A stretch of DNA of 64,000 nt from contig OZ024741.1 of assembly GCA_964016885.1 (NCBI GenBank), positions 321,470,001-321,534,000 on the forward strand. The letters are read 5' to 3'. The DNA is from Eledone cirrhosa. Lineage: Eukaryota. The notes under the pieces were generated by a model that had not been told where the DNA came from, searched no databases, and was given only the letters and a program-made list of their open reading frames with translations. A program made the position numbers and the translations under genes. Positions 25,654-39,972 of the stretch are shown here, piece by piece. Numbering within the stretch: position 1 is the first letter of the stretch; each line of letters opens with the position of its first letter.

Positions 25654-25849
25654 ATACTTTGAGTTTGTTAATTGCAGGGTATCTATATGAGTTATTAACT
25701 CTATATTTTATTTGTATATATATATATAGGCTTTTAACATCTTGGGCAGAGTTTCGTCCTCTCCAGCGGCCTTGCCACATTTGACCTCTTTAATTACTCT
25801 TGTGACCTAGACCTCAGCCTCCAAGAAATTACTCATCGCTCCCAGAAAC

Positions 25850-27260
25850 ATCTCATGTACATCAGATGCTATTGTGACGGGTTATGCAAAATATTCTCTC
25901 CACTTCGCGAGGGTGCACCTCTCTGAAGAGAGAACCCCTGACGCGTTCCTGGTAGCAAGTGTGGAAGAGGAGATCTTATTACAAAGTCGACGAATGGCCT
26001 GGATCTCTGGCACCCAGTCAATGGCAATCGGCGGAGGGATAATCCCAGTTTTCAAAAAGGGAGACAAGAGAGATTGTTCCAATTATAAGGAAATCTCCTT
26101 TTAAGCCTCCCTGGTAAAAGATATAGAGAGATTGTCGAGTGCAAGCTAGTGTGGTTTTCGCCCCAAACACCGCACAACCGACCAAATATTCACACTACGG
26201 CAGGTCTTTGAAAAATCGTGGGAGTACTGCCACTAGATGTATTCTTGCTTCGTAGTTCCACGGGACCTGCTGTGGAATGTTCTACACGAGTAAGGGATCG
26301 ATGCCCAGCTTCTTGTTGCCCGGACGTCTATATACGAATGCCCTGTGTTTGGATAGATGGTGCTAAATCGAAACCATTCAATGTCAGTGTCTGACTCCGC
26401 CAAGGGTGCGTACTGTCACCTCACCTGTTCATAATCTTAATGAACTGGATTGTCATGTGCAGCCAGATTGAAAGTGATATCGCCACTGGCGGATGAAGGA
26501 TCAGTCGGCTGGAATTTGCAGATAACGGGGAATTACTTAACTCGTCAGAAGGTGATCTCCGACATCCATACAGAATGCTGCACGGCTAGAATGAAAATCA
26601 GTACTACAAAGATTGAGACACTCGTCCTCTCATGAAAGCCTACGCAGTGCACTCTCCAAAGCAGGTTGAGAAGTTGAAGTATCTCGGCGATGTGTTCACG
26701 ACTGATGGAATGTAAGAGGCTGAATTAAATGCACGAATAGCAGGAGTTTGTTCAATAATACGCCAGCTTCAGCATTCGGTAATCAGAAGGTGTAAAAGCC
26801 AAACTCGCAATCTTCAATTCAGTATTTGTGCCAACCTTTGCCTATGTTCATAAATTTTGGGTAATGCCAAAAGAATACGATCGCGAATTCAGGCGGCCCA
26901 AGTGGGGTTCCTCTGAAGGGTCTTTGGAGTAACGTTACTTGATAGAATGCATAGCTCTGAGAGCAGGGGGCCGCTCCAGGTAAAGCCGCTACTTCTCCAA
27001 ATTGAGAGATAACAGTTCCGACAATATGGACATGTGGTTAGAATGTCTCGGGAAAGACTCGCTGGACAGATTTTACGGGCGAAACCGGCAGGGAACCTAG
27101 AGGTAGACCCCCGAGCAAGATGGTTGGATAACATCGATGAGTTCAGCTAGTGTCACTTGGGGATCTAGCCGGATCATTTGGAAAGGGTTGCTTCTGACAG
27201 AACCCGCTGGAAGGAGTGTTTGAAGATTCTACCCCAACAACCCTCTTAAGAAAGAAGAAG
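25850..27260 (+). mobile_element. Decayed RTE-clade LINE (RT to 3' end)
   Basis: IPVFKKGDKRDCSNY..ISLLSLPGK, TTDQIFTLRQ, LRQGCVLSP, YGHVVRM, RGRPRARW; many stops. Confidence 0.85.
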
Positions 27261-27877
27261 ATATGCGTGTGTGTGTGTGTTTATGTCCCATAAACGTTCA
27301 AAGAGATCAATCTGTTAAAAACCAGACTTGTAAAATAATGTGTTCTAAGTTCGGTATGATCGACAAATCCCGATTAAGGCGTTACCCAGCAGGGCCCCTC
27401 TAATACCTGAAACAGTTTGGCAGACAGACTCGTCTTCCAAATTCGTTTAAAAAAAGATAATGGTGAGTTGCCTCCCTTGATTCTTCGCGAAGGAGGAAGA
27501 AGAGAGATAACTTTGTATTAATTTTTTTAACGACTCTTTACAAAATTAGCTGTCCCTGTAATTCAAAGGACTGGTAATTTTGTTTAGGGTGAACGTTTCT
27601 CTAGAATGCTCAGTCACTTGCACATTAATTTCATGATCAAGCTCCGTTGACCAAATAACTGTATCAGTCCTCGTCAGAACCGGCGGAGTCCCAACTGTGT
27701 GTGTGTATGTGTGTATGTGTTAGAAAGTTATAGATAATTGTGTATGTGTTAGAAAGTTATAGATAATAATTATACACATTCATATTCGTATGTGACAAAC
27801 ATAGGGAAGCTGTTACCTAGGGAAGCTTGTGTTTGTATGACTATCTATCTGTTTATCTCTCTGCATTACTCTATCCA

Positions 27878-28375
27878 AGCGGCAGAGTTTAGAACGTCAA
27901 ATAGAATGCTTTTGCAGTATTCATTCCGGCTCTATGCGCTCTGAGTTCAAATCCCGCCGAGGTCAACTTTGCATTTCATTCTTTCGAGGTGGATAAATAA
28001 AGTAACAGTCCAGTGCTGCGGTCAATTCTTCCTCTATAGAAGGCACAGCGGAGCTAGGGTGACACACTATGGAACTGAGGAGCTTCATTAATACAGTATA
28101 GAAATATGGAGTCAGGCTGACCCCCTGTGGCATGGGGAGATAGTGTGGGAAAATATGGCACTTTGAAGCTAGGGTGCCGCACTATGGATCTAGTATATAA
28201 TTCTACTTTTTGGCACAAGGCTAGCAATTATCCCTGTGCATTAAGGGTGCTTTATTTTTTCGATCCCTTAAGGATGAAAGGCAAAGTGAACCTCAACGGG
28301 ATTTGAACTCAGACCGTAAAGGGCCGTAACTTTATGCTGCAAAGCATGGCGTCCGACCCTCAACCGATACTGTCC
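27878..28375. mobile_element. Two tRNA-derived SINE copies in opposite orientation (+ about 27878-28025; - about 28205-28375)
   Basis: CTGAGTTCAAATCCCGCCGAGGTCAACTTTGC core and its reverse complement. Confidence 0.8.
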
Positions 28376-28599
28376 AGTCGTGAGTCATTCCATTTATGAG
28401 ATGAATGAGTTAAAAGAAATGAAGAGGATGGTGAAAAAACTGCAGCAAAAACAGTGAACGGAGTTCTAAACTTTTCTACCCCCTACGTGTGTGTATGTGT
28501 TTGCGTGAGAGTATGCGTTTGTGTGAATATATATATATACACACACGCGCAAACATACTTACGCGCACTCACAAATAGATGCACAAACACACACACTTG

Positions 28600-29425
28600 T
28601 AACGATCTTCTGCCAAGACAACACGAATACTTTTACCGGAATTTTACGAAGTTTCTGTTTTCATTTTACCTTTACTTCGTTATTTTTCCTTATCAATGTT
28701 TTATTATAAAGTTGTGATTGTAATTATGGCGAATACATTGATGTTTCATTGTCGTGTTTTATTTATTTTTACCTAGTAGAGCACCCAAGTAGGGACTTGG
28801 TGTCGTTCTGTATGTTTACAAATTTACTTCCCCTGGACTGTACAATTAATCTAATTTTGCACACCCGCAATTTTATTCGAGGAGAGAGAACGAAGAGGTG
28901 AGGTGAGTGTTTATGTTTGGTAGGTGAGAGAGAGAAAGAAGATAGTGTAGTGGTAGGGGGGGTCAGAGAAGGAGAGAAAGGCAGAGAAATACAGAGGAGT
29001 TGCTGAGAGAGAGAGACAGCTAGAGAGGGAGGGATGTGGAGTGAATAGGAAGGCAGAGAGGGAAGGGAGAAGGTACAGAGAGAAAACGGTGGGGGCAAAA
29101 TGAGAAAGAAGGATTTGAGAATGAGCGAGAGAAAGTGAAGGAAGTGGAAAGTGCAGAGTAAAAGAGGGGGGATAAAAAGAAAGAGAGAGTGACTATAGGA
29201 GGGAAACAGCTAAAGAGACAAAAAGACAAATAATGGAGGGGGAAAAGAGAGAGAAAGAAGAGGCTGTGTGAGAGGGGAAAGAAAGAGTGAGTGAGACAGT
29301 AAGAAAACGAAGGGGGGGGGGGGCGAGTTGAGAATTATGTCGTGATTAAATGAAAAAAACCAGACGACACAATATAAAGTATTAAACAATATTACAAAAA
29401 TATTTTTGTAAATAAGACAATAATG
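28600..29425. repeat. Dispersed GA-rich repeat; second copy at 33975-34830 with partial tandem continuation to 35405
   Basis: Shared CTGC(C/T)AAGACAACACGAATAC start and collinear sequence. Confidence 0.8.
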
Positions 29426-29467
29426 TATATGTACATACATGCATATATATATATATATATATATATT

Positions 29468-32400
29468 AATAAAAGGAATTTCAACTTTGATTTACTCGTT
29501 TTATTTACAATCCTTTAAAATTTTAATGATATTATAATGAAATAGTATGGTAGAATATTAAATGTTAATTGAACAAGTACTTTCATGCTTTCGCAATCTT
29601 CAGGTTCATATTCTGTGGTGACAGTCAAGTTTGCAATGTTCAACTGTAATGAGATGGCTAAAATATGTGCCTTATATACAGTAAAAAGGGGCTAGAGAAT
29701 GCTAAGTTTTGCAAACTGTATTTCGACCAATCAGTGTGTGGTTTCACTAGAACACTAAAGCTGATTGGTTTAGGCGTCACGGTTGGTTGAGCATGTCTAA
29801 CGACTTCTATTTGACCCTATCCAAAGCATCAATTGTTTTGCTATTTTTAGAAATGATGTAAATAGCATTTTCTAGGGTTTTTATAAAAAATCTTCAGTAA
29901 TCATCAACATAAACATCACTTTTATTATTATTATTGTTGTTGTTGTTGTTGTTAGTGGTGGTAGTCGACATGGTCGTAGTCATAGTCATAGTAGAAGTAA
30001 TACCCCTAACCATTATTATTGTTCATTTAGCTTGGGTTGGAATTTAACAATAAAATTCTTTTCTTTAATTTTTCTCTTGGGCTGTGTAATTTGTAGGATG
30101 GAAATATATAAATATTTTCTGACCACATGTTGCTAGATGGCTTCTCTGACGGACATTTGGATCTCTGATTTGCTGTCGGTGCACCCGTGAACGTTCCGAT
30201 AGTTCATTTCCAGTTTGACCGACATATAGTTTTACACAATTCGGGCATTTAATGCAGTAAATTAGATTTATGCTTTTGCAGTTCATATTTGCATTTGGGA
30301 ATATTTTTCCAGTTTTTGTGTTCATATACACCGTTGTGTATGGATTGATATGTGCCACATCGACTATCATTGCATTTAGATACAGTGAATGATTGGTCTT
30401 TGTTGTTAAGGTCAAACTTTGCCTTTGTTAGTAATTGCTTCAAATTTTTCGGCTGTCTTACTAAGAATCAAAGCTCGGTCTGTGATTAAGCTTTTTAATT
30501 CATTAATTCATTACTTTGAGCAATGATCGGTAGGTTTGCTTTGGCAGTGTTTAAGATATTCTGGTGACATGGGTTTTGTGTCATTATAAATGGTATGACC
30601 AGTTCTTGGTTTCTTCTTTCTTGGGTTGTCCTAAGTTGTTGTATAGATATTTTTATAGCCCGCTGTATGCCATTTTTTATAAGTTAAGATGGGTATGTTT
30701 GTTTGAGCAAAAATTCTCTCAGTTCTGTTAGGCGTTTGTTCCTGGTATTCGTATCTTCTACAATGGTACAAATTCTTCTGGCTAGGCAGTATGGGATATT
30801 GCGTTTTGTATGAGGTGGATGGCACAACTTAAAATTCAGATATTGATGGGTGTCTGTGTGGTTATAGTATATATCCGTGGTAATGGTGGTGTCGTTTTTG
30901 ATTACCATTATATCTAGGAATGGTAATTTGGTACTACTCATCTCTTTTGTAAATTAGAGAGATGGGTGTAGGTTATTCAGGAGGATATTGAACTCATCCA
31001 GAGTATCTAGAGATTCTGTCCAGATGATGAAACAGTTGTCAAGGTATCTTTTCCAAGATTTTTCAATGTACTTTCTAAATTCAGTGCTATATTTTCCTCT
31101 ATTTCTTGGTAGAGTTGTTGTTCTAAGTATCCCATTACAGAGTTTGCGTAAACGGGAGCAAACTTCATTCCCATTTGGATGTAGTTCTTTCCATTGAAGA
31201 AGAATGTGTTGTTTTCCAGAATAAGTCTGACTGCGTCTAATATAAATGGCACTGTGAATCTGGTGGGAATCACTTCTCTATGTTTTTCCACCTAGTATTT
31301 AACCGCCTTTATTCCTAAATCATGTGTAATGTTGGTGTAAAGGCTTACTACATCAAAACTAAGTAGAAGTGAATTCGTTTCCGTGGTTTTGGGAAGATGG
31401 GATAGGAAGTCGATACCATCCCGGATGAAACTGGGTATGTGAATACATAGTGGTTTCAAAATAATGTCAACAAAATTGCTTAGACGGTGGGTAGGGCATG
31501 TTGGACCAGCTATAATAGGTCTAAGTTTTAAGTCTTTTGTGTGTAGTAATTTAATGTACTCACTGTTTTGTTCTTTTACTGCCAGTTGGATTTCTTTTGA
31601 CTTATGAATTTTCGGTAGGCCATACAGGTTGCTGGGTTTCGGCTCAAAATTGGTGAGGTAGTCTATTTCATTATCAGTAAGTGAGTTGTAGTATTTTGAA
31701 GCCAGGTTGTTGATCTTCATGATGTGGTCTATATTTGACGGTATTTCATGGTAGAATGTTGTGTCTTTCAGTTGTTCCTCACCCAAATCTTTGTAGTATT
31801 CAGTATCCATTATAACAATTGCACCTCCTTTATCTGCTTGTTTAATTATTATTGTTTTATCATTTTGTATATGTTTAAGTGCTGACATTTCCGATTTGTT
31901 AATGTTTGGCCTAACATTAGTATTATGTCTATGAGGAAATTTAGACAGGATATCAATGTATTGGTCGAGATAGATATATCTTCCTTTTGGCGGTAAGAAA
32001 ATTTAATTTATTCTTTACTAATGATTCATCACTCTCATTACTTTTATCAGCGAAGAATTCTACAAGTCGTAATTTACGACAGAATTCTTGGGTATCCTCC
32101 TTAAGTTCTTGGTGGTTGACTGTTGGAGTCGGTGTGAATTTCAGTCCTTTTGACAGAATTTGCATTTCATCATTGTCAAGATCTCTTTTGGATAAGTTAA
32201 TTATTTTAGGATCTACGTGTACAGTTGTTTTGGGTATGTTTCCTCCTGGAGTTTCTTTTTCCGGTTTTTGTTGTCCCGACGTAAAAAAATGGATTTTTCT
32301 CTGTTCAGGATTTATATTCCTGTTGGTGTTTGCTTGATGAACTTTTGGTCGTGATATTATACTTAGTTTCGTTATGTTTTTTTTTTTGTCCTATTTTTGG

Positions 32401-33430
32401 TATTATGTATATTATTTTTCCATTTCTTGTTAGCATTATTTTTAACAATCTGGGAAAATGACCTAGGTTTGCTTTCAGGTTTAGATCGTTTTTTCGCCCA
32501 GTTTCTTATGGGTAATCTCTGTTGAGATCTTGAAAGTGATCTGGTTATTCTACGGTTTTTTCCCCCGTTCCTTGTGGGTAGTCTCTGTTGAGATCTTGAG
32601 AATGATCTGGTTTTTCTACTTCTCATGGTCTGGTCAAAGGAATATCTATCGTATTTGTGCTTTTTGTTCATGTTGTGTGCGTTAGGGTGTTTTTGTAGAA
32701 AAAGCGAAGAGTTCTTACCGTAGTTCTTTGATTCAAGGCGAGATGAGTGTGTCTTGCCACGTGTTCTGGCGTATTTTGTGTTGGCGAGATTGTCCACTTT
32801 TTATGCTTTTTCTCAGAGTTCCAGAGTCTTTACCGGAATTTGCAGCATATTCGTCGAGAAATAATTGTTTCTGCTGCCATAACTTTCTTGATTTGCTTTC
32901 TTCTTTTGAGATATCTCTGATCCATAGTTCTCGTAGTTTTTCAGCTATATTACCAGTGGTTAGCTTTGAAATTTCGACTTCAATTTGGCTTTGTAGCGGG
33001 ATTGTTTACATTGAGTAATGGAGATGTCGGTCCTGAATTTTGTCAATGTAAGTTCCCATCCGAGTTTTGTTTCTTCTTCAGGCTCTCCTGCAATTTCTTT
33101 AATTAGGTATTTACGAGGGGTATGGGTGCCGTTAGAGAAAGCCATTTTGAATGTGTTTCGACATTCCATGTCTTCCACATTTCTTTTCTTATTCGATGTG
33201 TTTCGTTTTCAAAATTTCTCTATATATTTACAAGTATATTTATATATACTTAGAGAATTGGTCACAGGGTTATTTACTTTGGTAAACGCCACTGCAGGCC
33301 AACCACTAATTAAATTCGATACCGATATAATAAGGTTAACAAACTTACTCGTGAGTGAACTGATGGAGAGCCGGTCGCCAAATAATCAGCATGGTAAATT
33401 AAATGTTATTGAGACACGAGTAACATAATA
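29468..33430 (-). mobile_element. Near-full-length decayed Penelope-like retroelement (RT + GIY-YIG)
   Basis: LSKGLKFTPTP, IIIKQADKGGAIV, LYGLPKIHK, LRPII, SFDVVSLYTNI, LPFLD, CHPPH, NCKSINLIYCIKCPNCVKLYVGQT; frameshifted; intact HHR at the 3' end, which abuts (TA)n. Confidence 0.95.
29571..29607 (-). ncRNA. Minimal type I hammerhead in the Penelope 3' pLTR
   Basis: Reverse complement: GAAC-CTGAAGA-T-TGC gaaa GCA-T-GAAA-GTAC-TT-GTTC. Confidence 0.88.
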
Positions 33431-33487
33431 ATGATGTCAACAGCAGAAAGAGATGAAATGTATGTTTATTTTTGTTGTAGCACAAAT

Positions 33488-33675
33488 AATTGTTTCTACT
33501 TTTGGCACAAGGCCATCAATTACCCAGTGCATTACAGGTACTTTATTTTATCGACCCCGTAAGGATGAAAGGCAAAGTCAACCTCGGCGGGATTTGAACT
33601 CAGATCGTAAAGGGACGCAACTATGCTGGAAAGCATAGTGTCTGACCCTCTACCGATACTGCCAATCCACCGCCC
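33488..33675 (-). mobile_element. tRNA-derived SINE with apparent TSD
   Basis: Family core present; TTGTTGTAGCACAAATAAT is repeated on both sides (about 33471 and 33676). Confidence 0.85.
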
Positions 33676-34830
33676 TTGTTGTAGCACAAATAATGTTGGT
33701 TAACTTGTATGGTTGAAGTTACACATAAAAATGAGGTTACAAAAGGGAATGTGTCATTGCGCCGGAAAGTTGGCAGGTTAAGGTGCAAAATCTCACCGTC
33801 ACATGTACGTGTTGCTGGTTCGAAGTCCCAGGGGCGAGAGAGAGATTTTCTTAAAATCTTCGCGGGTAATTTCTCTCTCAGGACGCGTAAGCTGATTGGC
33901 TGAGCTGAGCCAAATCACGCACAGAGAATGCATGTGAGCCCGCGGAATGTAGGTCACTACATATACAAATATAACTATCGTCTGCTAAGACAACACGAAT
34001 ACTTTTAACGGAATTTCACGAAGTTTAGGTTTTCATTTTACCTTTACTTCGTTATTTTTCCTTATCAATGTTTTATTATAAAGTTGTGGCTGTAATTATG
34101 GCGAATACATTGATGTTTCATAGTCGTGTTTTATTAATTAATTTATTTTGTTCGATATATTTTTACCTAGTAGAGCATCCAAGTAGGAACTTGGTGTCGT
34201 TCTGTTTGTTTACACATTTACTTCCCCTGGACTGTACAATTAATCTAATGTTGCACACTCGCAATTTTATTCCAGGAGAGAGAACGGAGAAGAGGTGAGA
34301 TGAGAGTGTTTGTGTTTGGTTGGTGAGGGAGAAAAAGATAGTGTGGTGGTAAGAGGGGGTCAGATGTGAAGACACAGAAAGGTGGTTGAGAGTGAGAGAA
34401 AGGCAGATAAATACAAGGGGGATGCAGAGAAAGGGGAGGTGTTGAGTAAATAGGAGGTAAGGCAGACGGGGGGGGGGGGAGAACAAGAGGGGCAAAAACA
34501 GAAAGGATTTGAGAATGAGAGCGAGAAAAAGAGTGAAGTAGAATGTGCAGAGTAAGAGGGGGGGGATAAAGAGCAATAGAGTGAAAGAGACAAAGAAGGA
34601 AGGGGAAAGGAGGGAGAGAGACAAAAAAGGCTGTGTGAAAGAAGGGGCTGGCAAAAAGAGAGAAAAAGAAGAGGCTGTGTGAGAGGGAAAGGAAGAGAGA
34701 GAGTGAGACAGTAAGTACATGAGGGGGAGTGAGTTGAGAATTAAGTCGTGATTGAATGGAAGAAAACCAGACGACACAACATAAAATATTAAACACTATA
34801 GTAGAAAAATATTTTTGTAAATAAGACAAT

Positions 34831-34861
<31 letters not shown>

Positions 34862-34999
34862 ACAAATATATACACATGTTTACAGCTATATTTATATACA
34901 CGCACGTGTAATTGTCGTCTGCCAAGACCATGAATACTTTTAACGGAATTTAAACGAAGTTTAGCTTTTCATTTTACTTCATTATTTTTTTTATTATCT

Positions 35000-35185
35000 G
35001 GCGGTGGATTGGCAGTATCGGTAGAGGGTCGGACGCCATGCTTTCCAGCATAGTTACGTCCCTTTACGGTCTGAGTTCAAATCCCGCCGAGTTTGACTTT
35101 GCCTTTCATCCTTACGGGATCGATAAAATAAAATACCAGTAATGCACTAGTAATTGCTGGCCTTGTGCCTAAAGTGGAAACAATT
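35000..35185 (+). mobile_element. tRNA-derived SINE, full length
   Basis: GGCGGTGGATTGGCAGTATCGG (A box)...GAGTTCAAATCC (B box)...TTTGCCTTTCATCC...GATAAAAT core. Confidence 0.85.
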
Positions 35186-35937
35186 ATTTTTTTTTTTATT
35201 ATTATTATCAAGTTGTGAATGTAATTATGGCGAATACATTCATGTGTCATTTTCGTGCTTTATTATTTTATTTATTTTGTTCAAGATATTTTTACCTGGT
35301 TGAGCGTCCAAGTAGGGACTTGGTGTCGTACTGTATGTTTACAAATTTACTTCCCCTTGACTGCAAAATTGATTTGATTTTGCACATCCGAGATTTTATT
35401 CCAGGAACCAGAGCAACGGTGCCATTAATGACAGCAATAATATTGAATGTATTTGATTTATGGAGACTAGGTTTGATAATTTACCAGGGTTACTGAATAC
35501 AGGAAGAATCATCTCAATTTAAAAATTAATTGTCATAAATTAGTTATTTACATATGAGAAACCCTATAGTTTATGTTGAGAAATGATTAAAGGTGAAAAT
35601 ATTTAAATATATTTCTAGAATATGATTACATAAATATTCAGCATATATGGACAGATGACATACAGGGATAAATGTATGAGCGACTTAGACGAATAGATTT
35701 TTTAGAGGGACAAATGTAGGATTAGTACCCAGGGCCTTCTGATTGGAAAGTAATACTCATCTTTTTCCGTTTCTTAGAGGGTTCTAAACAACACTATCAG
35801 GCTAAAATTTCTTTAGTCAAAAATACGGCGAAAGCTATTTCTAATTTCAAACTCGTTCGCCGTTTTAAAACAAACTTGATTAATACAAATATGTATTTAT
35901 GTGTATAAATATACATTATAGTGTAATGAATGCATGA

Positions 35938-36280
35938 GTGAATGGATTTCCACTGAAGCAGGTGGAGAAGTTCAAGTATCTCAGGGTCGTGTTCACAAGT
36001 GATGGAAAGCAGGTGGCTGAATTAATTGCAAGAATTGCAGGAGCTGGTGCAGTAATGCGCCAGCTTCAACATTCGGTAATCAGAAGGGAGGTAGACGTAA
36101 AAATCAAAACTTGCTATCTTCAATTCGGTATTAGTGCCACCTCTTACCTATGATCATGACCGAAAGAATACGATTGCGAATACAAGCAGCCGAAACGGGG
36201 TTCCGACGAAAGGTCTTTGGAGTAACGTTACTCCATAGAGTGTGTAGTTTGGAGATCCGTCATTCCAGGTAGAGCCACTA
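35938..36280 (+). mobile_element. RTE LINE fragment, same family as 25850-27260
   Basis: LKQVEKFKYL..VFTSDGK; matches 26660-26990. Confidence 0.8.
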
Positions 36281-36960
36281 GTTTCCTATTAAATTCCATT
36301 TATGTTAACGTAGAAAAAAATTATCTGGTTTTCTTTTTATTTGTATTTAAAAAAAAGTAAAAACAAACGTGCGCGTCTGAACGCAGAAATAATGGTTTTG
36401 TTTTGTTTTTAGAAAATGGTAGAGGGGAGGGGGAAATCCGATTTGTAAAACCGCTGGAAATCATTGTTTTGCAGTCAACCGTATACTTCAGGACAAAAGT
36501 TGGGGCGGCGAGGGAAGGAGTGCGAATATTGAAATATATAGGAAGTGTGGCTTTGTCACCATTTTAATTCATCCAAAGCGATGTTCCATCTCACCAAACC
36601 AAATCTGGCTCAAAACCCGACCTCATATTTGTGGCGTACTAATGTTTTATCAATTTCAACCTCTAGTAATTTCGAAAACCACTATTTTTAGTATAAGACC
36701 ACTTCGATGTCCACTTTTTACCTTTCACCCTGAACAGGCTGCTATTTCTGACACGTTTACAGACCACTACTTTTTTTTATCTTTCGAAAGGGAGACTGGT
36801 ATAAATCCATAAATTTATAAAGAGAAACCAATAACAAGACTTCATAGAAACGGATAACATTTGAAAATTAATAATATTCCCTCCTAGAGGAAGGAATATT
36901 CATTCCAACATTGGTAGCATAACTAATATTCCGGAGAGAAAACTTTAGAAAAATATTGCA

Positions 36961-36976
36961 GGCCCTTAAAAGGGCT
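36961..36976 (-). terminator. Histone 3' stem-loop of H2B (first stem G>A)
   Basis: Reverse complement AGCCCTTTTAAGGGCC versus consensus GGYYCTTTTNAGRRCC. Confidence 0.85.
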
Positions 36977-37002
36977 GTTTTGAAAATTATAGTAGTAACT
37001 TT

Positions 37003-37364
<362 letters not shown>

Positions 37365-37616
37365 AACAGATAGCAGTTATTATCAATTGATACTGGAACA
37401 TATACATTCAGTTATATTTATAGTTGACAGGTAGGCTCACCAGCGCAGTTTCTAAACAATTTAGCGCTTTGCAATTTCATTGGTAGAAATTGATGGTTCA
37501 GTAAATCACGTGATCCCGCCAATTCAGCGGCTGCTGATAGCCTATTGTGGTGTATTTAAGTCAGACAGCATCTTCCATCAGTTATTGTTTACATCGAACT
37601 ACTCGCATTAATAACT
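37365..37616. promoter_or_regulatory. Bidirectional H2A/H2B promoter
   Basis: TATAAATA on - (37415-22), CCAAT on - (37479-83) and + (37519-23), TCACGTGA (37506-13), TATTTAA (37553-59). Confidence 0.75.
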
Positions 37617-37994
37617 ATGTCAGGACGTGGTAAAGGAGGAAAAGTAAAGGGAAAGAGTAAGACTCGCTCTTCTCGTGCCGGACTTCAGTTCCCCGTTGGT
37701 CGTATCCATCGTCTTCTCCGTAAAGGAAACTATGCCCAACGTGTTGGTGCCGGCGCTCCAGTCTACTTAGCTGCTGTAATGGAATATTTGGCAGCTGAAG
37801 TTTTGGAGTTAGCAGGAAATGCTGCCAGAGATAACAAGAAATCCAGGATTATTCCCCGTCACTTGCAGTTGGCCATCCGTAATGACGAAGAATTGAACAA
37901 ACTTTTGTCTGGAGTAACCATCGCCCAGGGTGGTGTCCTTCCTAACATCCAGGCTGTACTTCTCCCCAAGAAGACCCAGAAAGCTGCCAAGTAA
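37617..37994 (+). CDS. H2A: Replication-dependent histone H2A
   Basis: Intact, intronless 125-aa canonical H2A ([14 protein letters not shown]...[18 protein letters not shown]). Confidence 0.97.
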   Translation: MSGRGKGGKVKGKSKTRSSRAGLQFPVGRIHRLLRKGNYAQRVGAGAPVYLAAVMEYLAAEVLELAGNAARDNKKSRIIPRHLQLAIRNDEELNKLLSGVTIAQGGVLPNIQAVLLPKKTQKAAK

Positions 37995-38025
37995 ATAAAT
38001 AGAAATTGTTTATTTTATTACAAAC

Positions 38026-38041
38026 GGTCCTTTTCAGGACC
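38026..38041 (+). terminator. Histone 3' stem-loop of H2A
   Basis: AAAC-GGTCCTTTTCAGGACC, 31 nt after the stop codon. Confidence 0.95.
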
Positions 38042-39051
38042 CTAAACCCTTACGTTTTGTCTTATACTGATTTATTTATAGATTGCGATTTTTCAAAGCA
38101 TGATAAACATGCTACAACTAGCTTCGTGATGTCTTTCTGATCAAAATATATAATTTGTTGCGGGGCTGTGCCCCCATCACTCTTTCTGTTTCTTACATTT
38201 TCTTATTTTGCATTCCATCCTTGTTTTCTTTTTGTATTAAAATGATTTTAGACTATTTGTTTGGTTAGTGATATAGCGAAATTGTATGCATGGAATTTAT
38301 TAGTGGCAATGAAATAGAATGCAATCAGATAATTTAGCCGTGTCTTAAGCATTAGCATCAGTGTCGGTCTGCGAGGAACTTTAGCACAACTATCGTTAAT
38401 ATCTAATGAAAGATCTCTAATTTCTCGTCTCTTCAATTCTCATCATGATAGATATTTATTACGGCTATGATTTTGCTAATTTATCGAAACTAATTCCACA
38501 GCCCTCCGCTCAGTGCGACTAGCACCAAAGTGGCTCCCTAACTTAAGTATTTTTACTTAGAAAAATGTCTATACAGACCCCGGTTAAGAACCATTGATAC
38601 ATACGCTTTTTATCGCATATCGAGTTTGTTTTTTTATATCTAGTTTGATATTTGATAACGGCTAACCTAATCACTACAACTAAATTGACCAAATTTGCAC
38701 ATACCCCACCGCCCGTTTCATGATATATACACTAGAGTAATTATTTATTCAGGCAAAATAGGTTCTACAGCAATTTCAGTATTACAAAAAGTCACCGATT
38801 TACGTGGGAAAACATTTTTGATTTTGATGCAAAGGACTTTTTCGAGTGCTACCAGCTAATATACCTCCAACGATACTGCAAAAGAGTTTTTTCCGGAAAA
38901 CTACGAGTGGTGGGACCCTCAAACTTTCACCCTTCTTTCTTGATTAGGAAATAAAAGAAATAATTTATAAATAACGAGGTGGGTGTGAACACTTCGAGTC
39001 ATCACTTTTCCGGGTGAAAATCCTTTGCAACATAATAGGAGGTAAGTTTAA

Positions 39052-39235
39052 TCCTTTAGCATTTAATCCGGCCAGAATTCTCTCACCTCTTTTCCTTCAA
39101 ACTGGCTGTAACCGGCTGCTCATACTGATGTTTAAGTATTGTTCTCAAAATAAATATCAATCTCATTATTATGTAAGGTAAAGCCTTACCATGAAAATAT
39201 AATAGTAAATATAGAGTAATGTAAATGCTAAAGGG
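39052..39235. mobile_element. piggyBac-type MITE
   Basis: TTAA|TCCTTTAGCATTTA...TAAATGCTAAAGGG|TTAA. Confidence 0.8.
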
Positions 39236-39828
39236 TTAATTCAGTAATTCCCATCATATGGTGCACTCCCCACAAGGTGGTAATTTGAATATTTAATGGG
39301 GGGGGGGGGCTATATGAAAATGTTAATTAGTACAAACTTCAGGTTTTACCTTATTACTTTTACAAGGCAATTTTGATACACATTACTGTCGGAAACTCCT
39401 GTCTCAGCTCCCCTGCACATATTATTGGGCAGATGTAGTTTATCGCTGTTTTCATATCAATGGGGGAGTGTAGCAATTTTTGAAATGTTTAATTGATAGC
39501 ACGCGTAAAAAAAATTATTTCCCACGATAAATTTAGCACATTTTCTTAATCTTATCTCAAATACATAAGAGGTTAATACTTTTCTGTATATCAATACTAC
39601 GCTATTTTGACGTAACCCTTTCAACAACAAAAGAAGAAATAAAATAGATAGTTTTTAAATGAATATTAATTTTAAATAAAAGATATTAAATTTTCAATAG
39701 AAAAACATTTTAAAGCTTTATATATACATAAATACATAAATATATGTATATATAAATCTAAATATATGTATGTGCATGTGTGTGTGTGTATATATATATA
39801 TAGTAGGTCAGACGTGTCAAACTGAGGG

Positions 39829-39968
39829 TACCCCGAGGGCCACATGGGTCAAATGTGTTGTCTGAGGGTCACACATTACAACTAATATTTTTTATTACGC
39901 TCGCGCTGTAAAAACCTTTGTGCGGATCGCAGGTGTATTTATAAAGGGCCGCATGTTTATTGTGCCTG
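39829..39968. mobile_element. Possible hAT-like MITE remnant
   Basis: CAGACGTGTCAAAC start, GGGCC(A/G)CATG subterminal motifs and a degenerate ...GCCTG end. Confidence 0.4.
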
Positions 39969-39972
39969 GTGT

